A stretch of DNA of 64,000 nt from an uncultured bacterium. GTDB lineage: Bacteria > Patescibacteriota > Saccharimonadia > UBA4664 > SCTI01. Positions within the stretch are counted from its first letter, which is position 1; each line of letters starts with the position of its first letter. The translations under genes and the position numbers were made by a program. The stretch covers positions 231,943 to 295,942 of the forward strand of contig CAVRJJ010000005.1 in assembly GCA_963721685.1 (NCBI GenBank). The letters run 5' to 3'. This document shows, piece by piece, positions 52,768 to 63,316 of the stretch. Under the pieces are notes generated by a model that was given only the letters and a program-made list of their open reading frames with translations, ran no database searches and had not been told where the DNA came from.

Positions 52768-53498
52768 GTCCGCGTAAAACTTTTGCCACAGCGCGCCGGG
52801 TTTTAGCCCAGTTAAAACATGACCACAGGACAGTCGCGATGGTGCTGCTGATACCGGCACTCCTGATTACCTTGCTGAAATACGTCTTTCATAATGAGCC
52901 GCAGATCTTTAGCGGACTAGCTCCGATCATTTTGGGTGTGTTCCCTTTGATGATGATGTTCTTAATTACTTCCATCGCTACCTTACGTGAGCGTAAATCA
53001 GGTACGTTGGACCGCTTAATGACCCAGCCAATGTCAAAACTCGACTTTATCTTTGGGTACGCCATTGCCTTTTCACTGGTTGGGCTGGTTCAGGCTAGTA
53101 TTGCTAGCTTTGTAACGTTGGAATTACTTGGCGTGGAAGTGGCGGGAGGGGCAATCCCACTTTTAATCACCGCGATATTGGCAGCCTTCCTGGGAACCAC
53201 ACTTGGATTATTTGTAAGCGCGTTTGCGCGCAATGAGTTTCAGGCGGTTCAGCTGGTTATGCCTATCATGATGCCCCAAGTTTTGTTGTGCGGACTCTTC
53301 ACCCCGCGGGATCAAATGGCCGGACTTTTGCACTGGCTTTCCGGCGTTTTCCCGCTTACCTACAGCGTTGACGCGATGCGCCAGGTGGCTCTTCATCCTG
53401 AATGGACCGCAACACTTACCCGTGATCTTCTGATTGTGCTTGGTTTTGGGGTGGCAGCCTTGGTGCTTGGCGCAATCACTATCCGCCGACAAGAGTAG
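52764..53498 (+). CDS. ABC-2 family permease
   Basis: Six TM helices. GTG start overlaps the ATPase stop. Confidence 0.65.
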   Translation: MSPRKTFATARRVLAQLKHDHRTVAMVLLIPALLITLLKYVFHNEPQIFSGLAPIILGVFPLMMMFLITSIATLRERKSGTLDRLMTQPMSKLDFIFGYAIAFSLVGLVQASIASFVTLELLGVEVAGGAIPLLITAILAAFLGTTLGLFVSAFARNEFQAVQLVMPIMMPQVLLCGLFTPRDQMAGLLHWLSGVFPLTYSVDAMRQVALHPEWTATLTRDLLIVLGFGVAALVLGAITIRRQE

Positions 53499-53500
53499 GC

Positions 53501-54916
53501 ATGTCCAAACGCATCTACGTTATTATTAATCCCTCCTCTGGTACCGGCGATCCGGCCAATGTAGTGCCTGGGATTGAAGCCCAATTAAAGCAGCGGTCAC
53601 TTGAATACACGATAAAAATTGCCCAGACTCCCAGCCAAGCCAAAGCGGCCGCGAGTAAAGTGGCTTTAGCAAAATATGACGCGATAGCGGTTTACGGCGG
53701 CGATGGTACGGTTATCGCGATTTTTAAAGCTGTTTACCAAGCAAAGATCCCCGTGCTTATTTTACCGGGCGGATCGGCTAATGTTTTGGCAAAAGCCCTG
53801 AATCTTCCGCCTGATGTCGGCAAGTGTCTTGATCTTTTTGTGGAGGACTTGTATCTTCTGCGGCGGTTTGGGGTGGCCTTAGCAAACGATGAGCCTTTTA
53901 TCCTTGACCTGCATTTTGGGGTGTGGGCCGAAAGTATCCAATCGACCAGCTCCCGCTTAAAGCAGGCGTTTGGCCAGCTAGCTTACGGCTTGGCCGCTAT
54001 AAAGCAGTTAGGGTCGGCGGCTAAGTATGCCTACCAACTACAATTAGATGGTAAAAAGCTGAAGGTCGACGCTTACGCCTGTATAGTCGCCAACGAAGGA
54101 TTCCATAATATTTTAGGAGTACCGCTTTTCCCGTACCCCCATACGCCGGGGTTCTTGCAGGTGGCGGCGGTTAAGCGCGTCAACCAATTTGTATTTTTAC
54201 GCTGGTTCATTTTGCGTTGCCTGGGCCGTCAAGACTCTGGGGTGGTTGAGGCGTGGCGGGTTAAAGAAGCGGTAATTGAGGACGCGCCACAACAAATGTT
54301 GTTTGATGATGAGGCGCTAAACGCCAAACTGCCGTTTACTATCCAAGCCTCGAATTACACCATAGCCGCCATCGCGGCGCCGTTAACTGCCAGCTCATTT
54401 TGGCGCCGATTGCGGCTGCAGGCAGCGGTTGAGCCTTACCGCATTTATGACCACTTGCGCCGCGTAGTTACGGGAGGGCCCGCGCTTAAAAGCACACAGA
54501 TCGCCCTCAATTTATATGTTGGTGGCCAATACCGCCCGTGGGCGGTAGGCAGGCTGCGCAAGTGGGGGATTACCGGGGTGGTAAATATGCGCAATCTGCG
54601 CCACCCTTCCTATTCCCGGGGCCTTGAAGTATTAAATTTACCAACCCGGGACCATCATCCCCCTAGCCTTGAGGCACTGCACAAAGGAGTGGTATTTATT
54701 CAGCAACACATCCAAAATGGTGGAGCGGTGTATGTGCACTGCCAGCTTGGCGAAGGCCGGGGGCCCATTATGGCAGCGGCGTATCTGGTAAGCCAGGGTA
54801 TGCGTCCGCGCGACGCGGTGGCGCACATTGAACGTTTCCGCCGATTGGTACGCCCAAATGCTAAGCAACTGCATCAGTTGGCCCGGTTTGAGGAAGAGTT
54901 AAAGGAAATGCCATGA
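53501..54916 (+). CDS. fusion protein: DAGK-like lipid kinase catalytic domain plus dual-specificity (CX5R) phosphatase domain
   Basis: N-terminal IINPSSGTG...YGGDGT. C-terminal VHCQLGEGRGP (HCx5R P-loop). Confidence 0.65.
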   Translation: MSKRIYVIINPSSGTGDPANVVPGIEAQLKQRSLEYTIKIAQTPSQAKAAASKVALAKYDAIAVYGGDGTVIAIFKAVYQAKIPVLILPGGSANVLAKALNLPPDVGKCLDLFVEDLYLLRRFGVALANDEPFILDLHFGVWAESIQSTSSRLKQAFGQLAYGLAAIKQLGSAAKYAYQLQLDGKKLKVDAYACIVANEGFHNILGVPLFPYPHTPGFLQVAAVKRVNQFVFLRWFILRCLGRQDSGVVEAWRVKEAVIEDAPQQMLFDDEALNAKLPFTIQASNYTIAAIAAPLTASSFWRRLRLQAAVEPYRIYDHLRRVVTGGPALKSTQIALNLYVGGQYRPWAVGRLRKWGITGVVNMRNLRHPSYSRGLEVLNLPTRDHHPPSLEALHKGVVFIQQHIQNGGAVYVHCQLGEGRGPIMAAAYLVSQGMRPRDAVAHIERFRRLVRPNAKQLHQLARFEEELKEMP

Positions 54917-55653
54917 CCTTTTCGGTGCTTCAATGGAATATTTGGTACAAAGAAGATATCCGAAATATTGGGAAATTTCTTGAGTCTCACAAAGCTGACA
55001 TTATTTGTTTGCAGGAACTCTCGCTCAATCATCCGTTACAGACTATTAAAGATACCCCAGCATATATCGCGGAGCAACTTGGCTACAACTATTATCATAA
55101 AGAGTTGCCGATCGAATCCACAGAAGGGGAGCCGATCACGCTTGCCAATGGCATATTCAGCCGCTTTCCAATTACCTCCAAGCGATTCACCTGGATTAAT
55201 CAGCCGGAACAAAGTGGCGGACCAGAGGATGAGTACCGCGCTTATGTTGAGGTATTGATTGATGTGGAGGGTAAGGAAGCGCGGGCAGGAACTACGCACA
55301 TGTCGTATACCCATCGGTTTGAAAGTACGGCCAACAAGCAGCGGGAAACCGATGTGCTTGTTGCCGAGCTAAAAAAGTCCGCCACGCCGCTTATTTTTAC
55401 CGGAGACCTGAACGCGCTGCCAGGTTCATACACAATCGAGTCGGTTGAAAGCATATTGAAGCATGCCGGGCCGAGCATGGATCAAAAGTCTTGGGCGACC
55501 AAGCCGTTTTCTTATAATGGCTTCGAAGAAGACAAATTAAATTGGCGATTGGATTACGTGTTTGCGTCCAAAGATCTAAAAATTGAGTCATCAAAAATTC
55601 TACAGACTGAATATTCGGATCACCTGCCGATACTAACAAAAGTATCTCTCTGA
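54913..55653 (+). CDS. endonuclease/exonuclease/phosphatase (EEP) family protein
   Basis: WNIW...ICLQE N-terminal block, SDHLPI C-terminal block. Confidence 0.65.
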   Translation: MTFSVLQWNIWYKEDIRNIGKFLESHKADIICLQELSLNHPLQTIKDTPAYIAEQLGYNYYHKELPIESTEGEPITLANGIFSRFPITSKRFTWINQPEQSGGPEDEYRAYVEVLIDVEGKEARAGTTHMSYTHRFESTANKQRETDVLVAELKKSATPLIFTGDLNALPGSYTIESVESILKHAGPSMDQKSWATKPFSYNGFEEDKLNWRLDYVFASKDLKIESSKILQTEYSDHLPILTKVSL

Positions 55654-55745
55654 CAGCATAACTAAATTGCAATTATTTTAAAAAAGGTGTTTACTACGAA
55701 ATACGTCAATTCCAGTAGTGCTATGCAGCGCGAAAGGAGAATGTC

Positions 55746-55865
55746 GTGAACACGTTCATTGGGTTGAGCATCACTGGTGGGGCGCTTGCCATATGCGCTC
55801 TGATCGTGTGGTGTTTGCGATCCAAACGACACTCGGATGACGGTGAAGCTGAAATCTCGCTCTAG
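55746..55865 (+). CDS. 39-aa single-TM peptide (not in ORF track)
   Basis: AAGGAG SD 5 nt upstream of GTG. Hydrophobic core with a charged C-terminus. Confidence 0.3.
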   Translation: MNTFIGLSITGGALAICALIVWCLRSKRHSDDGEAEISL

Positions 55866-55907
55866 AAGCGAGGAGGAGTGGTTAGATCGATCTTCGAAAG
55901 GATAGTG

Positions 55908-56027
55908 ATGCACTCACTCGATATTGCCATTGTGTTCCTCGCCGCTCCCGCGACAGCCCTCGCCATCATCGCGGTGATGTGGGTGATCAAGGTGCTTTTC
56001 GATGATCAACCGGTGAGCACACCGTAG
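55908..56027 (+). CDS. 39-aa single-TM peptide (not in ORF track)
   Basis: AAAGGA SD 5 nt upstream of ATG. Same size and architecture as the preceding peptide. Confidence 0.3.
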   Translation: MHSLDIAIVFLAAPATALAIIAVMWVIKVLFDDQPVSTP

Positions 56028-56082
56028 GAATCGAGCGACATGCTGGAGAACACAGGCTGATGTTGGATCCGAACCTAGAGAG

Positions 56083-56283
56083 GTGAGCAGCGTGGCAGCG
56101 CAGAACAACAAGCACAAGGCTCGCACGAACGGCAGATGGCAGTTCAAGGACGGGAGCCACAAGAAAAACCAGGGGGCGGTTAAGAAGGCTGCTCGACAGA
56201 AGGCCGCAACCAACAAGCAGATGGCTAAGAAGCGGGCCAAGCAGAATTCGGGTGAGCGCTACCCGCCGCCGTACTTCTTCTAG
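56083..56283 (+). CDS. small highly basic protein (K/R-rich, 63-66 aa)
   Basis: GAGGTG SD. GTG at 56083 or 56092. High-GC patch. Confidence 0.4.
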   Translation: MSSVAAQNNKHKARTNGRWQFKDGSHKKNQGAVKKAARQKAATNKQMAKKRAKQNSGERYPPPYFF

Positions 56284-56367
56284 GCCGCGCGGGCGGCACC
56301 ATATTACGGGCTCGGCGGACACGGATGTCTGCCGAGCCTGGTTCGTCTTTTGCTATACTAAGCACGC

Positions 56368-57579
56368 ATGTTAGGCCACCGTACATTTTCTTCGCTACGT
56401 AACCCAATCTACCGATTCTACTTCGCCAGCCAAATTGTTTCCCTGGCTGGTACCTGGGCACAAGTAATTGCCTTGTCCTGGTTGGTGCTGCAAATGACCG
56501 GTTCCGGAACGGCCTTGGGCTTGATTCACGCGGTCCATTTTTTGCCCTTATTATTGTTTGGACCGTGGGGCGGTCTGATTGCTGACCGCCAAATGAAGCA
56601 TCGGTTATTGCTGGTAACCCAGTCGGTATCGGCAATATTGTCGTTATTGCTAGGTATCCTCGTGATGACTGGCCTGGCTGAACTTTGGATGGTGTTTGCC
56701 ATCACCCTGGGACTCGGCATGGTCCGGGTGTTCGACCATCCCGCCCGGGTAACCTTAATTTATGAGATTGCCGGGCGGAAGCATTTGCAAAACGCTATGG
56801 CCTGGAACTCCACCGCCATTAGTCTTACCCGTATGATAGGCCCGGCGATTGCCGGTCTGTTGATCGCTACTGTGGGCATTGGGATGTGCTTTGTTATTAA
56901 CGCCCTTTCTTACTTGCCCATGTTCGCGGCATTAACCCGGATTAAGCCTGAAAATTTGGAAGCCGCGCCGTTGCTTGAGCGGGCAAAAGGACAATTGCGG
57001 GATGGGTTTCGTTACGTGTGGGCAACGCCGGTCTTACGGAATAGTTTAATTATGGTGGCGTTGATTGGGACGCTTACCTATGAATGGCCGGTGGTCCTGC
57101 CCTTGCTAGCCCGATTTAGCTTTGATGGCAACGCGGCAGACTACGCGGCCCTCATGACCGCCATGGGTATTGGGGCCAGTATTGGGGGTGTTTATAGTTC
57201 ACGTCACCAAAAGGTTGCACCATGGATGATTAGTTTATCGGCGCTGATGATAGGCCTGGCAGTAATGCTGGTAGCTTTGGCACCCACACTTACCATTGCC
57301 TTGCTTGCCATGGGCTTGGTCGGGTTTGTCGCTATTAACTTTGACACATTAAGTAATACGCTGGTGCAGCTTCATAGCTCACCGGAAATGCGTGGCCGGG
57401 TAGCCTCTTTATGGGGAATGGCCTTTTTAGGTTCCTCGCCGATTGGGGGTCCGATACTAGGGTGGGTTTGCCAAATAGGTGGTCCCCGGACCGGTTTAAT
57501 CGTGGGGGCATTAGCCGCCTTTGCCGCCGCCGCGTTTGGTTATGTGACGACACGGCGCGCGGGCGCTATACTTAAGTAA
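56368..57579 (+). CDS. MFS transporter
   Basis: 12 TM helices. Stop overlaps the purN ATG (TAATG). Confidence 0.75.
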   Translation: MLGHRTFSSLRNPIYRFYFASQIVSLAGTWAQVIALSWLVLQMTGSGTALGLIHAVHFLPLLLFGPWGGLIADRQMKHRLLLVTQSVSAILSLLLGILVMTGLAELWMVFAITLGLGMVRVFDHPARVTLIYEIAGRKHLQNAMAWNSTAISLTRMIGPAIAGLLIATVGIGMCFVINALSYLPMFAALTRIKPENLEAAPLLERAKGQLRDGFRYVWATPVLRNSLIMVALIGTLTYEWPVVLPLLARFSFDGNAADYAALMTAMGIGASIGGVYSSRHQKVAPWMISLSALMIGLAVMLVALAPTLTIALLAMGLVGFVAINFDTLSNTLVQLHSSPEMRGRVASLWGMAFLGSSPIGGPILGWVCQIGGPRTGLIVGALAAFAAAAFGYVTTRRAGAILK

Positions 57580-58153
57580 TGATTAATCTCGCGGTTCTCG
57601 CTTCGGGAACCGGCACTATTTTGGAGGCAATGCTTGCAAGGACGTCTCGGTAGGCTTAGTGCTGGCCGACCGTCCGTGCCGGGCGTTAGAGGTTGCCGAA
57701 CAGGCTGGCGTGAAAGCGGTCATGGTCGACCGCAAGGCGTTTGGCTATCAAGGTCCAGGCTCTACCTGGGACCGGGCCGGATTTACCAAAGCCGTGATCG
57801 CGGCGCTGCAAGAACACAACATTAGCCTGGTCGCCATGGCCGGGTTTATGACGATTCTGGACGCGAACATGTTTGAAACCTATCCAAACCAAATACTCAA
57901 CACCCATCCTTCGCTGCTCCCCCAATTTAAAGGCGACAACGCCGTGCAGGACGCGCTGGACGCCGGGGCTACCGCTACTGGCTGCACCATTCACTACGCC
58001 ACCGCCGATCTTGATGGGGGCCCTATCCTAGAGCAGCGCGAGGTTAAGGTAATCCCCGGAGACACCAAAGAAGAGTTGCATGAACGGATTAAGGCAGTCG
58101 AGCGGGAACTCTACCCCCAAGTAATCAAAAGATTGATGGCCAAAGATGCGTAA
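57579..58153 (+). pseudogene. purN: phosphoribosylglycinamide formyltransferase, frameshifted by a 1-nt deletion near 57636-57640 (A3 run read as A2)
   Basis: MINLAVLASGTGTILEAMLA in frame 0, then ...DVSVGLVLADRPCRALEVAEQAGV...NTHPSLLP...HYATADLDGGPIL in frame -1. Re-reading one a gives AMLAKDVSVG. Confidence 0.8.
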
Positions 58154-58193
58154 AATAGCTTTACACAATTCATATTTATGGTATAATTAAGGT

Positions 58194-59588
58194 ATGCAAG
58201 GCGACTATTCATCTTATAACTCACCGTTAGGATACCGCTACGCTTCGCCGGAAATGCGGACACTTTTTAGCGAAGCGTCCAAATATAAGCTGTGGCGCCG
58301 GATATGGGTGGCTCTCGCGAAAGTTGAACATGAAGCCGGACTTATTAGCAACGAAGAGCTTGCCGACCTAGAAGCCAACCAAGACAATATTGATATTGCC
58401 CGCATCCTGGAAATTGAGCAGGATACCAAGCATGATGTGGTGGCGGCCATCCGCGAGTTTGCCGAGAAAGCCACAATTGGCGGCGGCAAGGTCCATTTAG
58501 GTGCAACCAGCATGGACATTAATGACAACGCCGATGCCATGCGGGTCAAGCAAGCAATTGAACTTATTGAGGAGCGTCTCAGGACTCTTTTGAAAGTTGT
58601 TTCCGTCCAAGCCGCTAAGTACGCCGATACTCCTTGCTTAGGCTACACCCATTTGCAGCCGGCTGAGCCAACCACCATTGGGTATAGGCTTGCCTTCTAC
58701 GGTGACGATCTCTTAAGCGATCTCCAGCGCATCCAAGGGCTCCATTACCGCTTTGTTGGCAAAGGCATGAAAGGCGCTATTGGCACCCGAGCCAGCTATA
58801 CCGCCATCCTCGAAGGCACGAACATGACCGCCGCCCAGCTGGATGAAAAAGTTATGGCAGACTTGCACCTTAAGCCGGCCTTAATTGCTACCCAGGTATT
58901 ATCACGCAAGCAAGACTACGATATCCTTTCTGCCCTGGCCGGTATTGGCGGGAGTTTAGCTAAACTGGGGGCCGATCTTAGGCTTTTACAATCCCCCGGC
59001 TTTGGCGAGTGGTCGGAACCGTTTTCGGAAAACCAAGTTGGTTCTTCAGCTATGCCATTTAAAAAAAATCCCATAACTGCCGAGAAAATTTGCTCGCTAG
59101 CCCGCCAGTTGGCCCAACTCCCTGGCGTAGCACTTAACAATGCTGCCCATTCCTACTTAGAGCGTACCTTGGATGATTCCGCTAACCGACGGATGACAAC
59201 CCCTGAAGCTTTTCTCCTGGCTGATGAGATTATACTGTCTGCCACCAAGCTGGTTGAAGGGCTGGTGGTCAACGAAAAGCGCGTAGCCGAAAACCTAACC
59301 CAGTTCGGCCCGTTCGCGGCGACTGAAGTCTTAATAATTGAAGCGGTCAAGCATGGCGCTGACCGCCAGGCTATGCACGAACTGCTGCGGACTATTGCTT
59401 TGGAGGCTTGGTCGCAACCCCAGCCTGGCACGGCGATGGTTGAGTTGCTAAAACGCAATTCCGAGTTAGAGAGGTACGTAAAATCCGACCGCTTAAATGA
59501 ACTTCTGGACGTGCGGGCCCATTTGGGTGACGCTCCCGAGCGGGCAAAGCAGTTATCTGTCCTAATTGATAAGGAGCTGGCCGCTTGA
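58194..59588 (+). CDS. purB: adenylosuccinate lyase
   Basis: Fumarate lyase signature SSAMPFKKNP. 464 aa. Confidence 0.9.
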   Translation: MQGDYSSYNSPLGYRYASPEMRTLFSEASKYKLWRRIWVALAKVEHEAGLISNEELADLEANQDNIDIARILEIEQDTKHDVVAAIREFAEKATIGGGKVHLGATSMDINDNADAMRVKQAIELIEERLRTLLKVVSVQAAKYADTPCLGYTHLQPAEPTTIGYRLAFYGDDLLSDLQRIQGLHYRFVGKGMKGAIGTRASYTAILEGTNMTAAQLDEKVMADLHLKPALIATQVLSRKQDYDILSALAGIGGSLAKLGADLRLLQSPGFGEWSEPFSENQVGSSAMPFKKNPITAEKICSLARQLAQLPGVALNNAAHSYLERTLDDSANRRMTTPEAFLLADEIILSATKLVEGLVVNEKRVAENLTQFGPFAATEVLIIEAVKHGADRQAMHELLRTIALEAWSQPQPGTAMVELLKRNSELERYVKSDRLNELLDVRAHLGDAPERAKQLSVLIDKELAA

Positions 59589-60712
59589 ATCACCGCTTAG
59601 GGATAGTTGGCGGGGGCCAACTGGGACGCATGATGGCGATGGACGCGAAAAAACTGGGGATTGCCATAACGGTGCTTGACCCAACTCCCAATAGCCCAGC
59701 GGGACAGGTGGCTGACCATGAAATTACGGCGGCGTACGACGACGAAACCGCGGTCCGGCAATTATCTGAATCGGTAGATTTCATTACCTATGATATTGAA
59801 TCCGCCGGCAAGGGAGTCTTGTCTGAATTGGCGGCCGAAGGGAAGCCCGTGAACCCGGCGCCTTCAACCCTTGAAATTCTGCGTGACAAGCTAGGGCAAC
59901 ACTGCTTTTTACAGGAAGCGGGTATTCCGGTTGCGGCCTTTGCCGAAATTAGTACTGTGGATGACGTGTCTAAGGCGGCTGAGGCTTTTGGCTATCCGGT
60001 GGTCCTGAAAGCCCGGTTTGACGCTTACGATGGGCGGGGGAACGCGGTTATTAAGACGGCTGAAGATATTACTGAAGCTATGCAAAAACTTTCAGGCCGC
60101 GAGCTCTACGCTGAACAATGGGTGCCGTTTACCAAAGAACTGGCGGTGGTTACGGCCCGCGGCATGGATGGCTCAACCGCGGTGTATCCGGTGGTTGAAA
60201 CCATCCACCAAAATAATATTTGCCACATGGTGTACGCCCCGGCCCGGGTTAACGCCGACGTGCAGAAAAAGGCTCATGAGTTGGCCAAACGGGTTATCAC
60301 TCGGTTGGAGGGCGCGGGCGTCTTTGCCATTGAAATGTTTGTAACGGAAAAAGGGGAGGTGTTAGTTAACGAGATTGCCCCCCGGGTCCATAACAGCGGC
60401 CATCTTACTATTGAAGCGGCGGTAACCTCACAGTTTGAGCAGCATGTCCGGGCTGTTACCGGGATGCCGCTTGGCGATACAGCCCTAAAAGTCCCGGCAG
60501 CGGTTATGATTAATATACTTGGCGAGCGTTCCGGTCCGGCAGAAGCTCAAGGCGTTAAACAGGCCAAGGCCATATCGGGCGTCAGTGTCCACATTTACGG
60601 CAAAGCTGAAACCCTTCCCATGCGGAAAATGGGACATATCACGGCTATTGCTGATACCCTAGAAGAAGCGGAGCGTAAAGCACTTGAAGCAAGAAAGGCA
60701 ATTACGATATGA
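59585..60712 (+). CDS. purK: N5-carboxyaminoimidazole ribonucleotide synthase
   Basis: ATP-grasp fold. Position upstream of purE. Confidence 0.85.
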   Translation: MNHRLGIVGGGQLGRMMAMDAKKLGIAITVLDPTPNSPAGQVADHEITAAYDDETAVRQLSESVDFITYDIESAGKGVLSELAAEGKPVNPAPSTLEILRDKLGQHCFLQEAGIPVAAFAEISTVDDVSKAAEAFGYPVVLKARFDAYDGRGNAVIKTAEDITEAMQKLSGRELYAEQWVPFTKELAVVTARGMDGSTAVYPVVETIHQNNICHMVYAPARVNADVQKKAHELAKRVITRLEGAGVFAIEMFVTEKGEVLVNEIAPRVHNSGHLTIEAAVTSQFEQHVRAVTGMPLGDTALKVPAAVMINILGERSGPAEAQGVKQAKAISGVSVHIYGKAETLPMRKMGHITAIADTLEEAERKALEARKAITI

Positions 60713-61233
60713 GTGAACCAGTTGTTGGCATTATTATGGGGTCGGATTCGGATTTGGCAGTTATGCAGGAGGCGGCCAATGCCTTAAAAAAGTTCGGTAT
60801 TGCCAGTGAGGTAACGGTGGTATCAGCCCATCGTACCCCAGAGCGCATGTGGGACTACGCCAACCAGGCGCGCGCGCGGGGCATTAAGGTCATTGTTGCC
60901 GGGGCTGGCGGAGCTGCCCATTTGCCCGGGATGGTGGCCTCGATGACGGAGCTGCCGGTTATTGGCGTGCCTATCCAAACCAGCACGATGAAGGGCATTG
61001 ATTCCCTCCTCTCCATCGCCCAAATGCCCGCTGGCATCCCGGTAGCGACGGTAGCGGTGAACGGCGCCAAGAACGCCGGCTTATTGGCGGCGCGCATGCT
61101 GGGGTTGGGCGATCCGACCTTGCTTGACGCGATGAAACAGTACCAACAAGGGATGGAGGACGAGGTGAAAGCTAAAGCCGAAAAGCTTGAAACCGTTGGC
61201 TATGAGGACTATTTAGCGGAGAAAGGCGAGTAG
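60709..61233 (+). CDS. purE: N5-CAIR mutase
   Basis: GSDSD and AGGAAHLPG signature blocks. Confidence 0.9.
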   Translation: MSEPVVGIIMGSDSDLAVMQEAANALKKFGIASEVTVVSAHRTPERMWDYANQARARGIKVIVAGAGGAAHLPGMVASMTELPVIGVPIQTSTMKGIDSLLSIAQMPAGIPVATVAVNGAKNAGLLAARMLGLGDPTLLDAMKQYQQGMEDEVKAKAEKLETVGYEDYLAEKGE

Positions 61234-61234
61234 C

Positions 61235-62203
61235 TTGATAGACGCATCCACGATTCTGGCAAATAAAAACAATGCCTTGCTCGACACCGATCTGGCGTTT
61301 TTAGGAGAGCGACATCAAGGCAAAGTGCGGGATTTTTATTCCTATAACGGCCAGCGGGTTACCATTACCACCGACCGCCTTTCAGCCTTCGATCAAGTGC
61401 TGGGTGTAGTACCCTTTAAAGGAAGCGTTCTCAATGAACTGGCCGCGTGGTGGTTCCACCATACCCGACACATTATCCCCAACCATATGATTTCGACACC
61501 CGATCCCAACGTTTTAATTTCCGATGATTGCCAAGCGGTACCGGTAGAGATCATTGTGCGCGGGTATATGAGCGGCTCAACCAAAACTTCCATATGGAGT
61601 TCCTATAGCCAAGGCGAGCGATTAATCTATGGCATTGAGTTCCCTGAAGGGATGGTGAAAAACCAAAAGCTCGTAGTGCCGGTCATTACGCCAACCACCC
61701 ACGCCGCGGCGGGTAGCCACGACGAACGGCTTACCCGGCAACAAATTTTAGAGCAGCACATTGTGCCCAAGGCGGTTTATGAGGAGATGGAACGGGTGAG
61801 TATTGAACTTTTTAAGGCAGGTCAGGAAGAAGCCTTAAAACGAGGATTAATTCTGGTTGATACCAAGTACGAGTTTGGTGTTTTGGACGGCAAGTTGATG
61901 CTAATTGACGAAATCCACACACCAGATTCCTCCCGGTTTTGGAAGGCCGACAGTTATGACGAACGTCTTAACGCTGGAGAAGAACCGGAAAACTTTGATA
62001 AGGAGTTCTTGCGGCTATGGTACGCGGACAAAGGCTACACCGGTGAAGGCGTTCCGCCGCGGATGGATGACGAATTAACTGTGCAAGTTGCCCAGCGCTA
62101 CATTACGTTATACGAGATGCTGACCGGCCAAACCTTTGAAGTCTATGACTATCCCATTAATGGCCGGATTGAAGCCGCCATAAAAAAGGAGCTGGGTCTA
62201 TGA
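61235..62203 (+). CDS. purC: SAICAR synthetase (long form)
   Basis: GKVRD...TDRLSAFD and IIVRGYMSGS blocks. 322 aa. Confidence 0.85.
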   Translation: MIDASTILANKNNALLDTDLAFLGERHQGKVRDFYSYNGQRVTITTDRLSAFDQVLGVVPFKGSVLNELAAWWFHHTRHIIPNHMISTPDPNVLISDDCQAVPVEIIVRGYMSGSTKTSIWSSYSQGERLIYGIEFPEGMVKNQKLVVPVITPTTHAAAGSHDERLTRQQILEQHIVPKAVYEEMERVSIELFKAGQEEALKRGLILVDTKYEFGVLDGKLMLIDEIHTPDSSRFWKADSYDERLNAGEEPENFDKEFLRLWYADKGYTGEGVPPRMDDELTVQVAQRYITLYEMLTGQTFEVYDYPINGRIEAAIKKELGL

Positions 62204-63309
62204 CCGAACCGCGCAATATTTCCTATTCCGACAGCGGTGTTGATTACGCAACGCTCGACGCTATGAAGCGTCTGGCTCAAGAAAAGGCCGCCGCGACAGC
62301 ACCCATGCTACAGCAAGCCGGTATGAAGGAAGTGTCCGCCAGCCGTGGCGAGTCGGCCTATGTGTGGGACGCCGGCGACCATTACGGCGCCATGGTGGTT
62401 GAAGGCCTTGGCACCAAAAACCTGGTAGCCGACGCGGTTCGCAAGCTTACCGGTAAAACCTATTATGACGTGATTGCCCAAGACGTGGTGGGCGCGATTA
62501 CCAACGATTTGATAGTGGTGGGAGCCAAGCCGTTGGTGGTTTCGGCTTATTGGGGGCTTGGGGATTCAGCCTGGCTTAGCGATGTGGACCGCGCCAAAGA
62601 TTTAGCGACCGGTTGGGCCGATGCCTGCCAAAAGGCCGGAGCGGCGTGGGGCGGAGGCGAAACCCCGGCGCATACTGGCATTGTGAACCCGGAAACCATC
62701 GATCTTGGCGGCTCGGCGGTTGGCATTATTAATCCCAAAGAGCGGCTGGTGCTGGGCGACAAGCTGACGGATGGTGACGTGATTGTGTTAATTGAAAGCA
62801 GCGGCATTCATTGCAATGGCCTGTCCTTAGCCCGCAAAGTTGCCGACCGGCTGCCTGACGGCTACGCTACTAAACTGCCAAGTGGTGCTTCTTATGGTGA
62901 GGCGCTGCTGAAGCCGCAGCATTTATACGCCCAGCTCGTCCAGAATGTATTCATGGCAGGTGCCGACATCCACTATATGGTTAGCATTACCGGCCACGGC
63001 TGGCGAAAGCTGATGCGGGCTAACCAGGAATTCAGCTATATCCTAACCGAGGTTCCGCCGGTGCAGGAGGAATTTAGCTTAATTGCCGAACAATCCGGTA
63101 ACGACGCGGCCGAAATGTACGGGAACTTTAATATGGGCGCCGGCTTTGCCATTTATGTCCCTGCTAACCACACCGAAAAAGTTACCGGGGCCGCTACCGC
63201 TGCGGGGCTGCAGTCTTGGGTGGCTGGGCGGGTGGAAACCGGCCCGAAGAAAGTAGTAATCGAACCGCTTGGCCTAAGCTTCAGTGGAGAAGAGCTGGAA
63301 GTCCGATAG
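62200..63309 (+). CDS. purM: AIR synthetase
   Basis: PurM N- and C-domain pattern (GLGTK, GGGETPAH-like). Confidence 0.8.
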   Translation: MTEPRNISYSDSGVDYATLDAMKRLAQEKAAATAPMLQQAGMKEVSASRGESAYVWDAGDHYGAMVVEGLGTKNLVADAVRKLTGKTYYDVIAQDVVGAITNDLIVVGAKPLVVSAYWGLGDSAWLSDVDRAKDLATGWADACQKAGAAWGGGETPAHTGIVNPETIDLGGSAVGIINPKERLVLGDKLTDGDVIVLIESSGIHCNGLSLARKVADRLPDGYATKLPSGASYGEALLKPQHLYAQLVQNVFMAGADIHYMVSITGHGWRKLMRANQEFSYILTEVPPVQEEFSLIAEQSGNDAAEMYGNFNMGAGFAIYVPANHTEKVTGAATAAGLQSWVAGRVETGPKKVVIEPLGLSFSGEELEVR

Positions 63310-63316
63310 GCAATAC

